This document shows, piece by piece, positions 1-7,638 of a stretch of 32,000 nucleotides of DNA. A program made the translations under genes and the position numbers. Within the stretch, counting starts at the first letter, position 1. Every line of letters begins with the position of its first letter. The stretch comes from Planctomycetales bacterium (GTDB lineage Bacteria; 4484-113; JAFGCY01): assembly GCA_022646745.1 (NCBI GenBank), contig CP060262.1:210001-242000 (forward strand). Direction: 5' to 3'. The notes below the pieces were generated by a model. It was given only the letters and a program-made list of their open reading frames with translations. It was not told the origin of the DNA and made no database searches.

Positions 1-2365
1 CAGGCGTACCCCATGCCGATCCCTGGGGATCGCTGGCCCGTACATACCTCAGGTCGCTATCGTTTACATGGTAGTAACTGATGGCAGGGTTGCCGTCCAC
101 GACCGTGAGTGATGTCCAGGTGCCCACATTGCCGGCTGTGTCAACCGGAATCGGTGTACTCCAGGCTGTGCCCTGTATATTCGTGGCCCTCACATATTTG
201 AGGTCAAGGCTGCCGTAGTCGTGGTAGCTGATGGCCGGGTAACCGTCCACAACGGCCATTGAGGAGAAAATGCCGACATCGCCATCCGAATCGACTGCCT
301 GGGACAGGGATTCGACGATGGTTACCGTTGCCGGTACGGTATCCTGCGCGCCGGTGTTGTCAGTCACACGTACAACGGGATGGAATTCTCCGGTTGAGTC
401 ATAGGTGTGGGTTGCTGTGGCAGCCTCGCTGAAGCTGTCGTGGATCCCGTCGCTATTGAAGTCCCATTCATAGCTGACTATGCTGCCGTCGGGATCGCTG
501 CTGCCGGATGCATCAAGCGTGACCTTGAAACCGGCGAAGCCGGGGTCCGGGCCGGCGGCCAGGGCTGCCACTGGAGGCAGGTTGCCAACCACATTCACCG
601 TGATTTCGATGCTGGCTGTGGCGCGCGCACCGTCATTGTCCTCGACTCGGACCCTGACGAGAGGACTTCCGGCCTCAGTGAAGGTGTGCGAAATGATAGC
701 GGTATCGCTGAAAGTGTCATAGCCGCCATCGCCATCCCAGTCCCAGGCGTACTCAATGATGCTGCCATCACTGTCGCTGGAGCCGGAGGCATCAAAGCTG
801 ACAGCCAGCGGGGCATTGCCACTGTTCACATCGGCGGCGATATCAGCAGTCGGCGCCAGGTTCTCCGGGTCAGAGACCGGGCTGACCGTGATGCTGACAG
901 TATCCACGTCCCAGGCTCCCTGGTCGTCAACGACACGCAGCTTGGCGTTGTATGTGCCGGGAGTGGTGTAAGTGTTGCCGGCGGAGGTCACATGCACGAT
1001 GTCCGTGTCATCCCACACGTCATATGTGCCGTCGCCGTCAAAGTCCCAGCCACCGCCGACGATGCTGCCGTCGAAGTCCATACTGCCGGAGCCGTCGAAG
1101 CTGACTTCCAGCGGGGCACTGCCGGATGCCAGATCGGCGAGGGCCACCGCCACGGGGCGGCTGTTGCCACTGATCACCAGGCTGACTGATCCAAGCGCTA
1201 CCGCCGTGCCCTCCGTACCGGTGGCACGCACCCGCGGGCGGATGATCCCAAGCCGGGATGTGTCAACCTGGGCTGAGCCGGAGGTGTCAGCGGTGATGTC
1301 ATATGTTCCGTCGCCATCCACGTCGAAGTCGTAGGACTCCGCGCCAGAGGCTGAGAGAGAGATGCCCTCAGCAAGTGAGCCACTGGGCTTGTCTATGGAC
1401 AGCACCAGGGCAGGTGCATCGCCTGCCAGCGGGAGTGCTGAAATGATGTCACTGAGCGCCGACTCATTGCCGGAGATGTCGATTGCGGAGATCCTGATGT
1501 ATGCCTGTCCTGTGGCTGCCAGCTGATGCTGCGTCAGTCCTTCCAGGCTGTCCACATGGCTGACTCCGGCTGAGCTGCCACTGATGAAGTCTCTTGTGGA
1601 GTAGTAGATCCGGTAGCCTGCCAGGTCACCCGCGATCACCGGCTGCCAGTTCAGCAGCAGGACGCCATCAAGCGATGTTGCGGCCAGGCCCGTGGGTTGG
1701 TCAGGAGCGGTAGTGTCAGCGGGATCTTCCGTGTTGACACCGATGCCGACCACGTCAGCTGCGCTGCCACCGTGCACAAGCACACTGACGAACAGGCTGC
1801 CGAGGCTGGAAGTGTACGGCCCCTGCAGGGCGGTGGAGAGGCGTACATGATTGTCAGTGAAGGGGCCGTGCCACTGCCAGCGGTTGCTGCCATAGTCGGC
1901 GAGGCCAATGTAGTAGCCCTTGCCGGCCAGCAGGTTGGCATCCACGCTCACCACACCGGGATGTCCACCGGCGAGCGGGATGCGGTACATAGCCTGTGCA
2001 GTAGTGCCGGCTGCACTGGCAATCCGGCTGGCTTCACCGTTGTCGCCCACATCTCCGGTGGAGCTGAAACGCTCCACTCCGGGAATGAATTCGCTTTCAA
2101 GGTTGATGCCACTGGCGGAACGTTCGGCCGGGACAACCAGTCCATCGGCGTCGAGCTGCTCCCAGGGCTGCAAACGGTCCTCAGGCAGGCTGGCTGGCCA
2201 GCTGGACAGTCCAGCTTCGGGCTGCAGGTTTTGTTCCCCTGGACTGTCCACTTTGATGGATGTACGGCTGGCCCCGCAGGATGCCAGGGTAAGGAGCACT
2301 GCGACCAGCAGGAGCTGGGATAAAGCAGGCAGGACAAGGCGAAACTGAAGACAATGAGAGGACAT
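1..2365 (-). CDS. Large modular surface lipoprotein, partial (C-terminus lies beyond the left edge). Paralog of 4450..7524. Order: N-module, FN3, about four PKD repeats, beta-propeller-like repeats.
   Basis: The minus frame is open from ATG at 2365 (GGAGG 5 nt upstream) to the window edge; it is absent from the ORF track because it has no stop. Hand translation gives MSSHCLQFRLVLPALSQLLLVAVLLTLASCGAS (lipobox LASC). This is followed by ADYGSNRWQWHGPFTDNHVRLS and PKD signatures (WDFDGDG, WDWDGDG, YEWDFNSDG). The last residues in the window read HVNDSDLRYVRASDPQGSAWGTP (checked codon by codon). The plus-strand ORFs at 407..1189 and elsewhere here are antisense shadows. Confidence 0.8.
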   Translation of the reverse strand, partial: MSSHCLQFRLVLPALSQLLLVAVLLTLASCGASRTSIKVDSPGEQNLQPEAGLSSWPASLPEDRLQPWEQLDADGLVVPAERSASGINLESEFIPGVERFSSTGDVGDNGEASRIASAAGTTAQAMYRIPLAGGHPGVVSVDANLLAGKGYYIGLADYGSNRWQWHGPFTDNHVRLSTALQGPYTSSLGSLFVSVLVHGGSAADVVGIGVNTEDPADTTAPDQPTGLAATSLDGVLLLNWQPVIAGDLAGYRIYYSTRDFISGSSAGVSHVDSLEGLTQHQLAATGQAYIRISAIDISGNESALSDIISALPLAGDAPALVLSIDKPSGSLAEGISLSASGAESYDFDVDGDGTYDITADTSGSAQVDTSRLGIIRPRVRATGTEGTAVALGSVSLVISGNSRPVAVALADLASGSAPLEVSFDGSGSMDFDGSIVGGGWDFDGDGTYDVWDDTDIVHVTSAGNTYTTPGTYNAKLRVVDDQGAWDVDTVSITVSPVSDPENLAPTADIAADVNSGNAPLAVSFDASGSSDSDGSIIEYAWDWDGDGGYDTFSDTAIISHTFTEAGSPLVRVRVEDNDGARATASIEITVNVVGNLPPVAALAAGPDPGFAGFKVTLDASGSSDPDGSIVSYEWDFNSDGIHDSFSEAATATHTYDSTGEFHPVVRVTDNTGAQDTVPATVTIVESLSQAVDSDGDVGIFSSMAVVDGYPAISYHDYGSLDLKYVRATNIQGTAWSTPIPVDTAGNVGTWTSLTVVDGNPAISYYHVNDSDLRYVRASDPQGSAWGTP

Positions 2366-2480
2366 GGGGGCCTCCGGCGGATTCACGGTCAGAACAGGCC
2401 GGTTGCTTTGCACGGCCCTCATACAATTCTAGTTTGCGCCAAGCTGGAGAACAATGACCTGGCCGGAAAAACGGGTTACG

Positions 2481-4388
2481 CTAGAGCGAGATCTGTGAGC
2501 TGATCTCCATCACGCGGTCCTTCGGGATGTTGAAGAAGGCCGTCGGCCGCACCGCGTTCTGCGAGAGGATGGAGAACAGCCAGGCCCGCCAGCGGCCCAT
2601 GCCGTGCCCCCCCTCGGCCAGCACGATTTCGTTGCCAAGGAAGAATGTCGCACTGGTGATCGGAGGCGTGGGCGTGTCCTTTCGCGACAGCAGGTCCTGC
2701 ACATCCGGATCCTCCATGAAGCCGTAGTGTGCGACCAGACGCACGAAGCCATGACCGAGCTCCTCCACCTTGACACGCTGGGCATTTTCCACGTAGGGCT
2801 GCTCCTCTGTGACGATTGTCAGCAGCACAACCTGCTTATGCACCACGTGGTTGTGCAGGAAGTTGTGCACCAGCGCCGGCGGTGTGCCCTGCGAGTTGCT
2901 TGTCATGAACACCGCTGTGCCGGGTACCCGGCGGCTGTGGTCGTCCTTCATGCGCCTGTAGAACTCCTCCAGCGGGACGATGGTCTCCTTGATCTGCTCC
3001 CATAGCAGCATCCGGCCCTTCTTCCAGGTCGTCATCAGCAGGAACACGATCGCGGCGATCGTCAGCGGGAACCAGCCGCCCTGGGAGATCTTGACGACGT
3101 TGCCGCTGAAGAATGTCAGGTCCACGCTCAGCAGCAGGAGCGTCAGGCCACCGCTGGCCCAGCGGCTCCAGCCCCAGCGATGGCGGGCCACGAAGTAGGC
3201 AAGGATGGTTGTGATCACCATCGTGGTGGCAACCGCAATGCCGTAGGCCGCCGCCAGGTTGGCGGAGGAGCCGAAACCGAGCACGAGTCCGATCGTGGCC
3301 ACCATCAGGATCCAGTTGATGGTCGGCACGTAGATCTGGCCGATCTCCTTCTCCGAGGTGTGCAGGATCGGCATGCGCGGCCAGTAGCCGAGCATCGTGG
3401 CCTGGCGTGTGATCGAGAATGCGCCGGAGATCACGGCCTGTGAGGCGATCACCGTGGCGCAGGTTGCCAGCAACAGCAGTGGCAGCAGGGCCCAGGCCGG
3501 GGCCATGTTGTAGAACGGGTTCTCCACGGCCTCCGGGTTGGCAAGCAGCAGCGCCCCCTGGCCGAAGTAGTTGAGCAGCAGGGCCGGCAGCACCAGGAAG
3601 AACCAGGTCAGGCGGATCGGCTTGGCGCCGAAGTGCCCCATGTCGGCATACAGTGCCTCACCGCCGGTGACAACGAGGAACACGCTGCCCATCACGATGA
3701 AGCCGATGTGCTTGCTGCCCAGCAGGAATGCCAGGGCGTAGGTCGGGCTGACAGCGGCGAGGATCGCCGGGTGCTGGGCGATCTGCATGATGCCAAGCAG
3801 GGCCAGCACCGAGAACCAGACTAACGAGATCGGGCCGAAGACCGCGCCGACACCGGCAGTGCCACGCCGCTGGAAGGAGAACAGCAGGATCAGGATCACG
3901 ACGGTGATCGGAACTATGTAGTGCGACAGCGATGGGGCCGCGACCTGCAGTCCCTCCACTGCGCCGAGCACGGAGATCGCCGGGGTGATCATGCCGTCAC
4001 CGTAGAGCAGTGCGGCACCGAACAGGCCGAACATCATGATCAGGCGCTTGAGCTTCGGGCGGTGGTCCTCCTGCTGGGCGGCCAGCGCTGCCAGCGCGAG
4101 TTCGCCACCCTCACCACGGTTGTCAGCCCGCATCACATAGGCGAGGTACTTGAGCGTGATCACGATGTTCATGGACCAGAACACCAGTGACAGCACGCCA
4201 TATATGTTTGCCTGGTTTATCGGAACTGAGTGAGATCCATGGAAGCATTCGCGGATCGCGTACAGCGGGCTTGTGCCGATGTCCCCGAACACTACACCAA
4301 GCGAGGCAAGGCAGAGCGCGGCAAGGTACTTGCCTGTCGGCGTCTTGTCGTGAGCATGCCCTCCGTGGGCGGATTCCCTTTCTGACAT
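2481..4388 (-). CDS. kup: KUP/HAK/KT family potassium uptake transporter
   Basis: 635 aa polytopic membrane protein. The N-terminal LGVVFGDIGTSPLYAIRECF matches the Kup signature (GDIGTSPLY). It has a long cytoplasmic C-terminal domain. SD-like GAGGTGA lies upstream of the ATG. Confidence 0.95.
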   Translation of the reverse strand: MSERESAHGGHAHDKTPTGKYLAALCLASLGVVFGDIGTSPLYAIRECFHGSHSVPINQANIYGVLSLVFWSMNIVITLKYLAYVMRADNRGEGGELALAALAAQQEDHRPKLKRLIMMFGLFGAALLYGDGMITPAISVLGAVEGLQVAAPSLSHYIVPITVVILILLFSFQRRGTAGVGAVFGPISLVWFSVLALLGIMQIAQHPAILAAVSPTYALAFLLGSKHIGFIVMGSVFLVVTGGEALYADMGHFGAKPIRLTWFFLVLPALLLNYFGQGALLLANPEAVENPFYNMAPAWALLPLLLLATCATVIASQAVISGAFSITRQATMLGYWPRMPILHTSEKEIGQIYVPTINWILMVATIGLVLGFGSSANLAAAYGIAVATTMVITTILAYFVARHRWGWSRWASGGLTLLLLSVDLTFFSGNVVKISQGGWFPLTIAAIVFLLMTTWKKGRMLLWEQIKETIVPLEEFYRRMKDDHSRRVPGTAVFMTSNSQGTPPALVHNFLHNHVVHKQVVLLTIVTEEQPYVENAQRVKVEELGHGFVRLVAHYGFMEDPDVQDLLSRKDTPTPPITSATFFLGNEIVLAEGGHGMGRWRAWLFSILSQNAVRPTAFFNIPKDRVMEISSQISL

Positions 4389-4409
4389 GGGTCACCTCTT
4401 CGGGGGCGC

Positions 4410-4418
4410 AGTATAGCA
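4410..4418 (-). promoter_or_regulatory. Candidate extended -10 promoter for kup (TGCTATACT)
   Basis: On the minus strand, TGCTATACT lies 21 nt upstream of the kup ATG at 4388. The implied leader is short and carries GAGGTGA. No good -35 is present. Confidence 0.3.
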
Positions 4419-4449
4419 CCGGCCCGGGGAGATGGGTGCGGTCTGCCCG

Positions 4450-7400
4450 CTAGGTAGTCGGGCCGAAGCAGAACAGGATGCCATCCCTGTTTCCAGCGTA
4501 GAGCTTGCCGTCCCCGCCGATCGTTGCCCGGTTGTAGAAGTCAGTGCCGACGCCCGCAGACCAGCCAAGTGATCCGTTGGGGTTCACGGCAAACACTGTT
4601 CCCGATTCATCCAGGGTGTAGATCACTCCATTGTTTCCGATTGAAGGCGTGGCATACAGACCTGACAATGGATATGACCACTGGAATACACCGGAGGAGT
4701 TGAGCGCATCCATGCCGCCCATGTGGCATATGTAGACCGCACCATCAGCTGCAGTTGCGATGGAGCCCACCCCGGCAAACGGCACGATGTAGGACCATGC
4801 GAATACACCGGATTCGTCCACTGCCACAACGACGCCGGTAGTGCGGACCAGCACGTTTCCACTGCTGTCCAGTGTCACAGTACTGCTGATTGAGCCACCT
4901 GTCAGGAATTCCCAGATGAAACCACCGTTTGAATCCAGCTTGTAGATCTTGCCATCGTTGCTGCCGATGTATACATTGCCATCCTGGTCGATTGCCGGTG
5001 CGCCTTCAATGTTGCCGGCGGTTGTGTATGACCAGTTGAGTGTGCCATCGGGATTAAAGGAATAGAGCGTGTCATCGTAGCCACCGAAGTAGATCCTGCC
5101 ATCCTCTCCAACGGTGGCGGGCGCCGTGATCGGAGCACCGCTGTTGTAGAACCAGCGCAGCGTGCCATCGGGGTTGATCGCACGGAACTTGCCGTCATTG
5201 CTGCCGAAGTAGATCGCGCCGTCATGGCCGATCACAGGCGTGGAATTGATGTCGTCAGCGGTCTGGACAAACCACTGCTGCTGGCCGATGGAATTGAATG
5301 CGTACAGCCTGTTGTCCTTGTTGCCAATGTATATCGTGCCATCCGCTGCGATCACCGCTGCGGTCAGGTACCAGTCAGTGGCGTCACTGTTGGTCCAGGC
5401 AACACTGCCACTGGACGGGCCATCGACAGTGCACTGTGCGCTGTTGCGGGTGTCATAACCGAAGGAGAACCAGGGGCCGGGCTTGATCCAGGCTTCGGCC
5501 AGCACCGTATCCTGGGCACCGCTGTCATCCGTCACACGCAGTCTGGCTGTGTACTTGCCAACCTTGGCATAGGTGTGGACCAGGCTGGAGGAACCATAGC
5601 CGTCGTAGACACCGTCATTCTCGAAATCCCATTCGTAGTTGACGATGCTGCCGTCAGGATCGAGGCTGCCTGAACCGTCCAGGCTGACAGAGAATGGCTC
5701 ACCGGCCACTTCAGCGACAGTCAGGCCGGCTACCGGTGACAGGTTGCCGGGAACCGTGACAGTGATCTCCTCGGTGGTCGTGGCCCGTGCGCCGTCGTTG
5801 TCCTCCACCCGCAGTCGCATCGTGAATACGCCCGGCTCAGTGTAGGTATGGCTGGCATTCGTGGACTCACCGACCGCGTCGTACAGGCCGTCACCGTCCC
5901 AGTCCCAGGCGAATTCGACGATGCTGCCGTCAGGGTCCTGGCTGCCGAAGGCGGAGAAGCCGACCGTCAGTGGCAGGTCACCGCTGGACTGGTCCACCTG
6001 CAGCGTCGCGGTCGGCGGCTGGTTGCCCACCCCAGCTTCGGTGACGACGATCGCAACCGTGTCCACGTCCCATGCTCCCAGGTTGTCACTTACGCGCAGC
6101 TTGGCATTGAAAACTCCGGCAGTACCGTATTCATTCATCTTCAGCAGGCTGGCAGGCTGGGCATCACCCATCGAGTCGAAGATCCCGTCGCCGTCGAAAT
6201 CCCAGGCCGCGCCTGCAAGTGTGCCGTCGAAGTCCGTGCTCTGTGATCCGTCCAGGTTGACAGTCAGCGGAGCCACTCCGGTGGAGGGGCTGGCCAGCAG
6301 GCTGGCAACCGGACGGCTGTTGCCGCCGATCACGAGACTGACTGCTCCGAGTGAGAAAGCCACACCTTCACTGTCCCAGCCACGCACCCGCGGGCGGATG
6401 ATGCCGAGGCGTGTGCTGTCAACATTGGCCACGCCGCTGGTATTGCCGGCGATGTCAAAGCTGCCGTCACCATCGATGTCGAAGTCATAGCTGGCAGCAC
6501 CGCTGGCAGTCAGGCTGATGTCGTCAAGCAGCAGGCCGCTCGGCTTGCTCAGCTCCAGTCCCAGCAGCGGGGGGCTGCCGGCCTGCGGGACCGCGCTGGC
6601 GATTTCACTCAACGCTGATTCATTTCCTGACGTGTCCACGGCTGAAATTCTGAAGAAGCTTTCCTTGGAGGCGGGCATCTGCAGCTGGTTGAAGCCCTCT
6701 AGGCTGTCCAGCCTGCTGACGCCGGCGGCACTGCCACTCGTGAATGCGGATGCTGAAATGTAGATCCGGTAGCCGGCCAGGTCCGTAGCATCCACTGCAA
6801 CCCAGTCCAGAGAAACTCCGCCAGTCAATGCCTCCGCTGCCAGTCCCTGCGGAACAGGCGGAGCGGTTGTATCAAGTGAGTCATGTGGGTTGGAGCTGAG
6901 ACCGACCACGTCACATGAGGACTCCCCGCCCACAAGCACGCAGGCGAAGATGTTCCCGAAGGGACTGGCGAAGGGTCCGGAGCCTGCCAGAGACAGGCGC
7001 ACATGGTTGTCAGTGAAGGGGCCATGCCATTCCCAGCGGCCGCTGCCGTAATCAGCGATGCCAACAAAGTAGCCCTTGCCTGACAGCAGGTTAGCATCGA
7101 CAGCCAGCACACCCGGCCCTTCGCTGCCACTGGACAGCCGGTAGATCGCCCAGGCCACTGCACCGGATGGGGCAGCCAGCCGACTGGCCTCGCCGTTGTC
7201 AGCGCTGCCAGCGGAACCTGAGAAGCGCTCCACGCCGGGGGTGAAGTCGCTGAACAAGTTGATGCCACTTGAGCCGCGGGCAGGCGGAATCACATGCCCA
7301 TTCTCATCAAGTTGCTCCCAGGGTTGAACGCCGTCAAGCGGGAGCGTGGACGGCCATTCCGCGGCGGGGTCCTGCTTGCCTGCAGTCAGGGCGATATCAG

Positions 7401-7524
7401 CCTGTTGCTGTGGAACACTTGCGCTGCTGCCTCCACAGGAGGAGAACATGCTGCTGAATGCGAGAGCCAGCATCAGCATCACAGGGCGCAGGGGGCCGCC
7501 GGACAGGTGGCAATATGACCGCAT
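4450..7524 (-). CDS. Large modular surface lipoprotein: N-module, FN3, about four PKD repeats, C-terminal PQQ-like (BamB-type) beta-propeller
   Basis: The track ORF is 4450..7536. I prefer ATG 7524 (GGAG 6 nt upstream), giving MRSYCHLSGGPLRPVMLMLALAFSSMFSSCGG (lipobox SSC). Motifs: ADYGSGRWEWHGPFTDNHVRLS; FN3 (LDWVAV..GYRIY..SAVDTSGNES); PKD (WDFDGDG, WDWDGDG, YEWDFENDG). The C-terminus has DG.IY.G..D..LYA.N..G...W repeats typical of PQQ-like propellers. Confidence 0.85.
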   Translation of the reverse strand: MRSYCHLSGGPLRPVMLMLALAFSSMFSSCGGSSASVPQQQADIALTAGKQDPAAEWPSTLPLDGVQPWEQLDENGHVIPPARGSSGINLFSDFTPGVERFSGSAGSADNGEASRLAAPSGAVAWAIYRLSSGSEGPGVLAVDANLLSGKGYFVGIADYGSGRWEWHGPFTDNHVRLSLAGSGPFASPFGNIFACVLVGGESSCDVVGLSSNPHDSLDTTAPPVPQGLAAEALTGGVSLDWVAVDATDLAGYRIYISASAFTSGSAAGVSRLDSLEGFNQLQMPASKESFFRISAVDTSGNESALSEIASAVPQAGSPPLLGLELSKPSGLLLDDISLTASGAASYDFDIDGDGSFDIAGNTSGVANVDSTRLGIIRPRVRGWDSEGVAFSLGAVSLVIGGNSRPVASLLASPSTGVAPLTVNLDGSQSTDFDGTLAGAAWDFDGDGIFDSMGDAQPASLLKMNEYGTAGVFNAKLRVSDNLGAWDVDTVAIVVTEAGVGNQPPTATLQVDQSSGDLPLTVGFSAFGSQDPDGSIVEFAWDWDGDGLYDAVGESTNASHTYTEPGVFTMRLRVEDNDGARATTTEEITVTVPGNLSPVAGLTVAEVAGEPFSVSLDGSGSLDPDGSIVNYEWDFENDGVYDGYGSSSLVHTYAKVGKYTARLRVTDDSGAQDTVLAEAWIKPGPWFSFGYDTRNSAQCTVDGPSSGSVAWTNSDATDWYLTAAVIAADGTIYIGNKDNRLYAFNSIGQQQWFVQTADDINSTPVIGHDGAIYFGSNDGKFRAINPDGTLRWFYNSGAPITAPATVGEDGRIYFGGYDDTLYSFNPDGTLNWSYTTAGNIEGAPAIDQDGNVYIGSNDGKIYKLDSNGGFIWEFLTGGSISSTVTLDSSGNVLVRTTGVVVAVDESGVFAWSYIVPFAGVGSIATAADGAVYICHMGGMDALNSSGVFQWSYPLSGLYATPSIGNNGVIYTLDESGTVFAVNPNGSLGWSAGVGTDFYNRATIGGDGKLYAGNRDGILFCFGPTT

Positions 7525-7547
7525 GGCAGTCTCCATTGAGTGACTTC

Positions 7548-7569
7548 AAGAAAACCGGATTTATCCGGC
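7548..7569 (-). terminator. Candidate intrinsic terminator after the S9 peptidase gene
   Basis: The minus strand reads GCCGGA-TAAA-TCCGG followed by TTTTCTT. The stem is short (5-6 bp). It sits only about 12-24 nt upstream of the next gene start. Confidence 0.4.
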
Positions 7570-7638
7570 GACTGAATGTACTGGACTGAGAGCTCTGGCG
7601 TCAATAGGTCCGGCCCATCGCCCAATTGGCGTGTCGTA

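Noticed and set aside
407-1189. 260-aa plus-strand ORF, and several other 60-150-aa ORFs on both strands within 1-2365.
   Set aside because: They are antisense or off-frame shadows of the real minus-strand lipoprotein gene, whose frame stays open to the window edge and has a clear paralog. Their translations are Ala/Gly/Arg/Val-rich low-complexity sequence typical of wrong frames in high-GC DNA. The same applies to 5224..5673, 5861..6490 and 6825..7268 inside gene 4450..7524.
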